A DNA stretch of 64,000 nucleotides. It comes from Yuukianura sp. NJ FZ-2021. Lineage: Eukaryota. Numbering within the stretch: position 1 is the first letter of the stretch; the number at the start of each line of letters is the position of its first letter. This document shows positions 24,745-33,922 of this stretch, in pieces. Where the stretch lies: contig CM102284.1 in assembly GCA_046563655.1 (NCBI GenBank), positions 2,728,001 through 2,792,000 of the forward strand. Reading direction: 5' to 3'. Under the pieces are notes generated by a model. That model worked only from the letters and a program-made list of their open reading frames with translations, made no database searches and was not told where the DNA came from. The position numbers were made by a program, and so were the translations under genes.

Positions 24745-25024
24745 CCTGCTGGAGATATGTATGCGAGGCTGATGAATGTTCCAACGCTTTCAACGGAAGC
24801 TGATTATGAAATCTGATTTGTCGATTACGCAGTCAAGACGTAATATTCACTTTCGTCTAGGAGCTGCTTTTCCGCACGGGGAAATTTGGACGTTCAAAGG
24901 AATCGAATTTGATCGAGCAAAAATGATTTTCAAACGAATTCAGATCATGATCAATTCTCGAATTGCTAAATTGAACACAATTTTTAAAGAATTTTCCAAT
25001 GCCAAAGAAAACAAAGTTTTCTAA
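24745..25024 (+). pseudogene. Possible degraded third copy of the papain-like domain
   Basis: KLIMKSDLSITQSRRNIHFR ~ DLIGFRCDLGPSQNPNSVHVK and FDRAKMIFKRIQ ~ SVQAAKIFQRIE of the 25961 gene; other motifs would need frameshifts. Confidence 0.3.
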
Positions 25025-25960
25025 AACAAAAAAAAATCAAAAGTTTTAACGCTCAAAAATAATCCTTTTATTTCAGTTTTCATAGTTTCAGCTATAAGCC
25101 GTTCGTTCGGCTTTGTAACACTTTTAAACGGGTTTCCAATTGCATAGTTTTCCAAACGATGTAATCAAAAGTGAGTCACGTCTCACGTGACCATTAAAAG
25201 TATTAAAAGTCAAAATAATCTATATTACTATTGTTATGCTATACAATTTGTAATATTTATAAGTGTATGCATATTGTTTTTCGCTTGTCCAATTTAGATT
25301 AACTTACTTTCAAGCGCTAAACACTAAATGAATAGCAAAACTGTAATATCAATATGATAAGTGGAATAGTATGTAAGCAAGGTACGGTTATTTGAGATTT
25401 TATTGAAACTTTAATTGACTCCATTCTTAAATTTTTAAAACCGTGTTTCAGTACATTTAGCAGGACTGGAGTTCTCTTAGCTCTTATTAGTCCAAGGAAA
25501 TGATGCTTTGTGGCAATCTTCAGCTGTGAACTTTGACAAACCTATCATGCAGACACCTCTGAAACATAACGTCAACAAAGCTGCTAAGATTAAAAGCTGA
25601 TGTTGACATCATTGAATTTGAAATCTTGTCGTGGATGTGGAATTGTGGCTTGGCTTCGATATTTGATGTCTCCTGCCTAAACTCATCACTATCATACATG
25701 ACATGTCAAAGGTGTTGCGTAATTTACTTGTCCAGACACAGAAAAATGACTCATTTTTCAAGATCTTTCCCCATTCGCTGAATTAAAGACGATAACTCCC
25801 GCATCACTCCAGTTACTCACACTACAAACACGGATAACAGTCTATTATTGACTCTGTTCGTTAAAAATGATGCAAAGACAAACTAAGATAACCTAACTAA
25901 CTAACCTAACAAAACACTTATTAGTCCTCTGATTTGTCAACTGAAGAACGAAGTAGCAAT

Positions 25961-27421
25961 ATGGGCAAACTACTGTCCAAACTTATTCCAGTTACTCCTT
26001 GCGACAAAACAACGAAAACTTTAGCAGAAATTTTCGAAGAAGCTGGCAAAATACAGGATTGGCTTGTGACTGTCGTTTGCGAAGAAAAACGCGCAGCAGG
26101 CTTTGGACACGCCTTTTTACTTTTCAAACCGTCGGGTAATTCGCAATATTTTGCTCAACGACAATTGAATTATATGCGTCTTCTATTATTCGTAAATTTT
26201 ATGTAGTTTAAATTCAAATTCCCAAAAAATTTTAATATTTCTAAAAAGAGCAATCACCTATTTGGTTTCAGCTAACGTATTGGTGATTCATTTGCCTAAC
26301 GTAATGTAATATAATAGTATGTTCCAATACAACGTAACATGTAGTATCCAAAGACTATAGTCTTGGATGAAATGCAGCTTTTCTACTTTACTATGAATCA
26401 TGAATCAAATTGCAATAATTTTGAAATGTGACAATTCAAAACTATATTGAACCTGAAATCTCCTAGTGTGAAGTGCCTCTTGTCGCTTGAATTGTGTGAT
26501 AGGTCAGTGTGTCAATAATACTTGACGATAAGGATATCTGGGTGTTCTAATTTTGTCCGCTCACCGTATCTCTTTTTTACAGATTATTTCTCTGAGTGTT
26601 TCAAAATTTCAAATTATGAAAACATAGTTTTGCGTCGAATTGTCTCGATGTCTTCTCAGCTTTCTCGCATAAAAATACACAACGTCAATTTGGCAACTTG
26701 CTTAAGGTGTCGTTTTTAAGAAAATGATATTGTGTATTTTTTTTGCCATCAGCTCATAAATACATGGGGCACCATGAAATTAGCGGGGGTGAGAGGAAAG
26801 ACGCCATTAGTTCAAAATCTAATTGGTCAAAGAACTTAAAGGGTTAAAAAAAAACATTAGGTTCAATGTGTATGTAGGTTAGGTATTTGAGCTAATTTTT
26901 CGAACCAGTTTAGTTTGAACCAATGTTATGGAACCGCGATTTCCTAATTTTTCATTTTGATGTCCACAGGCGAAGGCGAACTCCCCCGTGATCTGATTGG
27001 CTTTCGCTGTGACCTTGGCCCTTCTCAAAATCCAAATTCAGTCCACGTAAAGAAGCTGGGAATCACTTCGGCAGAAATTACATTGGAAAAAGTAGATTTG
27101 AGCGAATACAAAAATCCGCGTTGCCTTAAACCATATCCACTTACATCTGTTCAAGCCGCTAAAATATTCCAAAGGATTGAATCTGACATTCGGAAGCAAA
27201 GTTCGGGGACACCAATTTTGTACAATCCAGCCGGATTTCACGAGTCCTTTGAAAGCTCTTTTGGAAAACTTGAGCATCAAAATTGCCTGTCGTATTGCAT
27301 GGATGTGCTGAGGGAGTTGGACATTAAAGTTGGAAACAAAAGAGACTTGATTAAGTTGCCGAGAAGAACGATTCCACGTGTGCCAATGGAAACGCAAATT
27401 ACAATTACTTCAGACTCGTAA
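25961..27421 (+). CDS. 208-aa permuted papain-like (NlpC/P60, PPPDE/LRAT-type) protein with predicted N-myristoylation
   Basis: Exons 25961-26135 and 26970-27421 (phase-1 GT-AG); starts MGKLLSK; His motif FGHAFLL precedes Cys motif YN...NCLSY. Confidence 0.65.
26806..26924. mobile_element. Small MITE-like inverted repeat in intron
   Basis: attagttcaaaatctaattggtc vs gaaccagtttagtttgaaccaat are imperfect inverse complements; central taggttagg. Confidence 0.4.
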
Positions 27422-27580
27422 GATGGATAAAAGCTTATGTAAATTGTAGTTTAACTCAAAATTAAATAAGGTAGTAAAAATGTATTAAAATGAGCATAGA
27501 AAAAGTAAACTTATAAAATTAAAACAACTCAATTTATAAATTTTTACGAAATTGTTATATTTTTGTCAGGTAAAGTCAAG

Positions 27581-30500
27581 ATGGACTCCCAGTACTTGGA
27601 CGAAGATTGGCAGACGCTCGCTTCTAACTTTAAAGATTACTATACGCAATATTTTCTTCAAACTTTACCACTGTTCCAAAAACAAAATATTTTCATCGAG
27701 CAAAATGGTTTGGCGGCAAATTCAAACACAAGCGTCCCACTTTTATCGGCTTTGGCTCAACAACTCTCCAGCCCCGAAGATAGCATGAAGTACTTTGTGG
27801 TGATGGCAGATTCTGGAATTGGTAAAACAACATTGGCACTTCAACTTACTTTTAAACTTTGGGAAATGTATGAGTTGAGTGCTGAACATGAACACTACAT
27901 ACCCGTATACATCTACATAACATCCACTACTAGTGTCGTGGAATTGAATACAATCTTAAAGGCGTACCTAACGTATCCCAGAGTCATTCTAATACTTGAC
28001 TGTTACGAACAACGTTTAAATGAGGTCAGAGATTTCGTAGAGGCAGATTTAATTTTTTTGCACGAAAACATCAAATTTGTTGTAATGTGCAGAACCGTAC
28101 CACACTTGTTCTTTGGAAACCTTGTCACACAATTTCAATCGCAATTGTGCATTTTCCGACTTCAAAAATTTACCACTGATCAAATGTTGCAGTACGCTGA
28201 CAAATTTGACCGTGTTGACAGTGATACTGAGCATGTACATTTGCAAAATGAAGGAGCGGTTGGGAGTAGCGCGAAACTGGAATTGGCGTCGGCACCATGT
28301 GCTAAAAAGTGGCTGCAGGAATTGCTCATTTTGGTACCTGCGTTGAAGGAATTGGCAAAAATTCCACTTTTTCTGTCCATTCTCTTTCAAATTTCTCCCA
28401 GGCTTTTAGAAAAATTTAAAAAGTCAGGTGAATTAAGTGAAACAGCCTTATGTTTATCAAAGGCAGAAATTTTTGATTACTTTGTTGAGTATTGGTTTGA
28501 TTTTCAAATTGAGCGGAACCTACTGAACTCACGGGATCAAGATTCTAACATTCAGCTACTCCACAACGAAAATCGTTTAAAACGTTATATGTTTGCGTAC
28601 ACGCAGAATTTGGCTGAAACACTGGTTGACTCTGAGAGTGGCATTTTGTATGATGATCCTATTTCAGACACTGATTGCATTTCCTCTGAGTTGGCAGAAC
28701 CTTACTGTGACCGTGACCTATTAAATCACTATAAAACACATTTTCTCAGTCAATCGCAATATATTTCAGACGAATTGGCAAATCTTTTACAATTCCTTCG
28801 AAATTGTTCGTTAGTTGTACCAGAGTCGAATGGGCAAAGCTATCGCTTTTTGCACAGGTCCTTTGCTGAGTATTTTATTACGAGAAAAATATTTGTGGGG
28901 CTTAAAAGTCGTTTTGAATTTGGATCACGTGGTTTGACTGTATCAACAAACGGTGAACAAAATTTACTCGACACAAGGTCACCTAAGTGCTTTGAAGTTG
29001 GTTTTCTACAACTATTGGCAGATCGGGCAGTTGTGAATACTGATTTTGCAGACGTCCTGTTTGCAATTATCGAGTCTTCCCGAGAGAATCTGACTCTTAC
29101 AAATTTAGCAGCCAATTCCATCACGATTCTGAATTTGGCTGGAGCGAGTTTTGAAGGAAAGAACTTTATAGATGTTCAAATTCCAAACGCAATTCTGATT
29201 GGAGCTAAACTTGCAAATGTCAATTTCCAAAAAGCAAATCTGGGAAATGTCGATTTTTCTCAAGCGTGGCTGTCTGGCGCTAATTTTGAAGGAAGCAATT
29301 TAAATGGTGCCACATTTGGCCAAATAGAGATTTCCACTGGTGCGATAAACACAGGTCTTGCCATTTGGAAAGACTGTAGGCAACCTGCAGAACCTGTAAA
29401 TATTTTAGTCGGATGTCGTAACGGTTCTATTTACTTTTACAGACAGAAGTCGGGAGAGTCCAAATTCGAAATTGCGAGGGAACTCCGTCACTCTAAAAGA
29501 AAAATAGGCTTTATAGATATCCATGTTTCTGGAAATTTGTTATTAAGCTGTATGTCAGGCATGGAGTTAAAATTTTGGAATTTGGTTTCCGGAAAAATGC
29601 TTTTTAAAATGTCGATGGATGTTGAAATGGCTTCGCTAGACAGTCTGGAAATTCAGGAAAAGATAAAGCAACGTTTCGAATCTTCAGTTTTTGAGTTAAC
29701 TGCAGACAAAGTCGGAAAATTTCTGGCTATGTTGACATTTTTCCACGCACACAAAATTTTATTGTATTCTTTGGAACAAGTTTTGCTGAAAGAGAAACCG
29801 AAGTTATTCGCATGCCTTAGTACTGACGTTCCAGTGCTAAGGGTTATGATTAATAGTCAAGGAACATATATAGCATTGAGTACTTTACAAGCCTTGGAAC
29901 TTCGTGACATCACCAATCCGCATCACCGACTTCTTGTCCTGTGCCAACCTGAAAAAGACTTTTCAATTATACGGTTCAGTCCAGATGGAAATTGGTTGAG
30001 CTATACACAAACGAAGTACGTTAAAATTTGGAATTTACAAAATGTACATGCGCTTAGCAAAGCAGAAACCAATGTAACAGAGACGTTGAAGATAGGAATA
30101 CGCAACAGGGATACAGTTATTGATGCTAGTTTTACCTCCGAGAATCAAAATTTTATTGTCTGCACTAGTGACTCAATGTTAAGCTCGGCTAACCAAGGCT
30201 GTTACCTTAACGTTTACTCTTTGTCAAGCGGACAGTTGAGACAAGTCATTAACACTGGTGTTGAAATCAGATCCTTACAACCCTTCAACGGATTAGTCGC
30301 CACCATTTCACAGGATTTCCGATCCGCTCACGAAAGCTTCAAACCAAAACTGTTACAAATTTGGTATATTTCTGATTGGGCAAAAGAAGCTGTGGATATC
30401 TCAGACACTGTGAATGACCGTCCGTTCTTTCATGTGGCCATTTCACCTGCCATAGATTGGTTAGCTACTGCGCATGTCAGAAGGAATGCTGATGGTGCAG

Positions 30501-32254
30501 AGAGCATGTACGTGTATTTGTGGAATTTGGTTACTGGACGTTATATATCCATGATAGATGTGGGTGATGTTGGAAAATTAGTGTACATGGGAGTTTTGCA
30601 TAATGGAAGCATATTGGTACTCGGTAACCGCGGAGAAATCAAAGGCGGCAAACCTTATCCGCATGAAAATTTAAAAATTTTGTCTGTCGTCAATTCAGTT
30701 GACAAGACAAGTGAATCAAGCGAGTACAAATTAAATGTGGAGTTCAGTTGTAGGTTAGCTGTACGTGAGGAAGAAACTGATCCATATCGTAAACACATAA
30801 AGTTTGGTACTGACTACAACTTTTCAGTGATGTATTCGGCAGAACTGGATAACTTTGGAACTAAATTGGCAGTAGCCGATTTTCATGATGTCAAACTCAC
30901 CGTGTACGGCGTTGATTCAATGTTCAAAGATTCAACAACTTACAGTTGGACACCACCAGCTAATCAACCACAGTTCAAGTGTGATGAATATATGAATATT
31001 GGTGACATTTGTTTTCATCCCCAATCTAGTTCCTTATTGGTTACCACGAATCGCAACCTGGTGTGTTGGAACTTTCATGATCATACCGTAGTTTACTGGA
31101 TTCCAGGTTTCAGCCCAAATTTTGATCTAGTTGATACATCCGTAGGGTCTCGGTTGGTTGTTGGAGACTCTGCGGTATACACAGCTACGGCAGAACAGAT
31201 TAAAGTGTATCATCAATCCAAAGATGAACTAACTTATGTGTCTAAGATTACCGTCTCGAATATGTTTGAATTCAATCCTGGAATTGTACAATTAGGTTTT
31301 GCAGCCGAATCTAAAATGTTATTTGCAGCGCTGTCCGTAGACAATGAAATACTCGCTTGGAAGGAAGTAAAGGGCTTCTTGGATCCGGTTCTGCTGAAAC
31401 CGCCGTTAAAACTTTGGTCCAAAATTTGGAACATGCATATTTTTTGTAATAATGATTCCAAGCACATTTCAATTGTGCTTACGGATCTGCACGATAAGTT
31501 GTCACTGGTTAAGTTAAACACATACACCATGACTTGGACATTAGCCTGGTCAAATTCTCCTAGTTTTCGACTTTTTGTGCAAAATGCTATGATAAATGAA
31601 ATTGTTTCACCTACTCCCGCTACAGTAGAATTACTAGCAAAGAAAGGTGCTCAAGGAGTTCCCGCCTCCAAACTCCAAACTTACTTACGTTCCACCACTT
31701 TTAAGTTTGGGTTGCCGGGAACTGCATTTTCTGGAGTAGAGTACTCGATTTTTTGTGAATTTTTAAATAAACAGTCGGTAAAAGGCAGTGGATCGGAGTC
31801 TCTTGAGTTATCTGAAAACGTTTGGACAGTTTCTGCAATTAGTACTCATACTCGGAGATTAGACCCATTTGAGCACGTATCCTTGCTCATAGAAGGCATT
31901 AAGGATACCCGCAGATTCGTTTTTAGAGCAGAATTGATCGCGGAACTTGATTCAAAGAGAGTGGCAATTCGTGTACGGCCGTTTAGAAATCGAAATGATT
32001 TGGAATATTTCGTCGCCCGTGTAACAAAATGTAGGTCTTGGTCAGTTTCTAAAGAAAGAGGAAACAAACTGATCATGTCAATTAGGGATAGTCAACTGAC
32101 TCCAATGGAGTATAACGTACGAGACAAGAACTGCGTTGTCTGGTCACTAGAAACACTTAAGGAATGTGGAGTAGAAGTGCATAGGTCAAAATATAACTCA
32201 TTGTTTGTTCTGCCTAAAAACATTTTCGAAAACGCCTATACTAAGCGTACATAA
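27581..32254 (+). CDS. NLR-like STAND protein: NACHT NTPase, pentapeptide repeats, WD40-like propellers, C-terminal permuted papain-like domain
   Basis: Uninterrupted ORF (1557 aa from ATG 27581). ADSGIGKTT (Walker A), VILILDCYEQ (Walker B), KFVVMCR, ELAKIPLFL, YRFLHRSFAEYF; AANSITIL followed by pentapeptides (ANLGN, AWLSG, ANFEG, SNLNG); WD-like FSPDGNWL..VKIWNL, VYLWNLVTG; tail FEHVSLL...YNVRDKNCVVW. Confidence 0.88.
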   Translation: MDSQYLDEDWQTLASNFKDYYTQYFLQTLPLFQKQNIFIEQNGLAANSNTSVPLLSALAQQLSSPEDSMKYFVVMADSGIGKTTLALQLTFKLWEMYELSAEHEHYIPVYIYITSTTSVVELNTILKAYLTYPRVILILDCYEQRLNEVRDFVEADLIFLHENIKFVVMCRTVPHLFFGNLVTQFQSQLCIFRLQKFTTDQMLQYADKFDRVDSDTEHVHLQNEGAVGSSAKLELASAPCAKKWLQELLILVPALKELAKIPLFLSILFQISPRLLEKFKKSGELSETALCLSKAEIFDYFVEYWFDFQIERNLLNSRDQDSNIQLLHNENRLKRYMFAYTQNLAETLVDSESGILYDDPISDTDCISSELAEPYCDRDLLNHYKTHFLSQSQYISDELANLLQFLRNCSLVVPESNGQSYRFLHRSFAEYFITRKIFVGLKSRFEFGSRGLTVSTNGEQNLLDTRSPKCFEVGFLQLLADRAVVNTDFADVLFAIIESSRENLTLTNLAANSITILNLAGASFEGKNFIDVQIPNAILIGAKLANVNFQKANLGNVDFSQAWLSGANFEGSNLNGATFGQIEISTGAINTGLAIWKDCRQPAEPVNILVGCRNGSIYFYRQKSGESKFEIARELRHSKRKIGFIDIHVSGNLLLSCMSGMELKFWNLVSGKMLFKMSMDVEMASLDSLEIQEKIKQRFESSVFELTADKVGKFLAMLTFFHAHKILLYSLEQVLLKEKPKLFACLSTDVPVLRVMINSQGTYIALSTLQALELRDITNPHHRLLVLCQPEKDFSIIRFSPDGNWLSYTQTKYVKIWNLQNVHALSKAETNVTETLKIGIRNRDTVIDASFTSENQNFIVCTSDSMLSSANQGCYLNVYSLSSGQLRQVINTGVEIRSLQPFNGLVATISQDFRSAHESFKPKLLQIWYISDWAKEAVDISDTVNDRPFFHVAISPAIDWLATAHVRRNADGAESMYVYLWNLVTGRYISMIDVGDVGKLVYMGVLHNGSILVLGNRGEIKGGKPYPHENLKILSVVNSVDKTSESSEYKLNVEFSCRLAVREEETDPYRKHIKFGTDYNFSVMYSAELDNFGTKLAVADFHDVKLTVYGVDSMFKDSTTYSWTPPANQPQFKCDEYMNIGDICFHPQSSSLLVTTNRNLVCWNFHDHTVVYWIPGFSPNFDLVDTSVGSRLVVGDSAVYTATAEQIKVYHQSKDELTYVSKITVSNMFEFNPGIVQLGFAAESKMLFAALSVDNEILAWKEVKGFLDPVLLKPPLKLWSKIWNMHIFCNNDSKHISIVLTDLHDKLSLVKLNTYTMTWTLAWSNSPSFRLFVQNAMINEIVSPTPATVELLAKKGAQGVPASKLQTYLRSTTFKFGLPGTAFSGVEYSIFCEFLNKQSVKGSGSESLELSENVWTVSAISTHTRRLDPFEHVSLLIEGIKDTRRFVFRAELIAELDSKRVAIRVRPFRNRNDLEYFVARVTKCRSWSVSKERGNKLIMSIRDSQLTPMEYNVRDKNCVVWSLETLKECGVEVHRSKYNSLFVLPKNIFENAYTKRT

Positions 32255-32315
32255 GTATGACATGGAAATAATTAACTAATGCACTAGCTGGTAAAACTAG
32301 GTGGGTTGCCACACC

Positions 32316-32415
32316 TATAACCATGAATATTATTATAACCATGAATAATATTTGAATGAACGTTACATGATTATTGATTACATGAATGAATGTGTTTATA
32401 ACCATGAATATTATT
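32316..32415. repeat. Short repeats of tataaccatgaata
   Basis: Three copies at ~32316, ~32334 and ~32397. Confidence 0.6.
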
Positions 32416-32816
32416 GGTGTTATAATGTTGCAATTTCTTGAGTTTACATATAAACCTCTAGTAAAATTAAAAAAAATTATAATGGCAATAATGATGACAG
32501 TGTATGATTCAAGAAAAATGTTTCATCTTATGTAATAATACGTTAGGAATTTATATACATCAAATACAATTAAATAAAAAAAGTTACAAGTTCGCAACAA
32601 ACTTTAAATATCTAGCCGTAGATTGTGTGGACTAAGGCGTTCGTATTTCTTCAAAATTCGAAAGAAATATAGTCTACAAATGTTTCGCGGGGATTCTGTA
32701 CTTCAATGTTAAAATCATTGTTAACGCTTAATTTAATCCAGTTACTTTCTCAAATCGTTTAGCATTGAACTGGTTTTATTGAAGTTAAGTTAACATGAAA
32801 TTATTCTGATTATAAC

Positions 32817-33086
32817 CTATTCTAAAAGCGTCAAAAACTCTTCAAAGCTGAGTGATCTGCTTCCATCTGCGTCTGCGCGGTTAAATTTGGCTTCCACTTG
32901 TTCTTGCATCCCAGGAGTCGATGGAATTCCACCGTGCGCGTTCCAGACTTCGCCCAGTGTGACTTGACCTTTTGGCGCTTCCGTGTCCATCTTTTCGAAT
33001 ACTTCCTCTGCAATTTCCTGATCAATCGCGGACAACTCTCCAGCGACTATTCCCACAAGTACAAGCACTAAAACAACCAACCGCAT
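32817..33086 (-). CDS. Small secreted EF-hand calcium-binding protein (89 aa)
   Basis: Signal peptide MRLVVLVLVLVGIVAG; canonical EF loop DADGSRSLSFEEF plus a degenerate loop DTEAPKGQVTLGE; TATA-like tataaa upstream (plus-strand tttata ~33138). Confidence 0.8.
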   Translation of the reverse strand: MRLVVLVLVLVGIVAGELSAIDQEIAEEVFEKMDTEAPKGQVTLGEVWNAHGGIPSTPGMQEQVEAKFNRADADGSRSLSFEEFLTLLE

Positions 33087-33922
33087 TTCCTTAGTTTAGG
33101 TCAAACGCTTCAGTATTACTGGCAGAAGTAACAAAATTTTATAGACGTTTCCAACTTTGATCATTGATACTCGAGTAAAGTGAATCAAATTGAGTACAAT
33201 TGGTAATTGACTCGAAACCAAAGTCCATACATAAAATCACATGTACGTAGTCTTAATTCTCAGGTTCCTTTTAATAAGCCACAAACCTTCTTTACCAACC
33301 AGTAAATTGTACACCCACACGAAGTCCGCTTTGGCGTCACTTGAAGAATCCTTGTTGCATACGCTGCGCGTGCGTTCATGTAATGAAATGGAAATACCAA
33401 GTCTAGTTATGTTATATACATAACCCAAATCCCAAATTCGTGATTAATTTTTTTTAGTTGCTAAAATTCTTTCTGATTCTAGGCGTTGAATTCAAGTAGT
33501 GATTGGAATTTGGTTCCGAATATTGAATTCTTCAAGTTTGAATATTGAATTATTTAGTTTATTCTACGAATATATAGTGCTTAAGACTATTCCACTAAGG
33601 CAATTGAAACAATTAATCAACGTATTGGCTAAAACAAAAAGCTGTGTAAACTATTCTGATTGAACGAGTAAACGTAATTTTTAAATGGGAAATTTTTGCA
33701 GTAATTTTAATTGCAGTAAACCAGCGCAGCGTCAACATCTCTCGTCATTCTACAAATATATCAATAGATCATCTTATGCTCATTTAATTTTAATTTCGAG
33801 TCAGCTTGAAACCAATAAAATCACAATGCCAGAATTTAATTCCATCATCAATTGCATATCCAGATGTAGTAGCCAGGAGATTTGGGGAAATCTGAATCTG
33901 ATTGCTATTGCTTACGAAAGAG

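Noticed and set aside
28049-32076. Antisense and alternative-frame ORFs within the NLR gene (and similar ones in other genes)
   Set aside because: Shadow ORFs of real coding sequence
32316-32415. CRISPR-like repeat array
   Set aside because: Eukaryotic context, 14-bp repeats, irregular spacers, no cas genes
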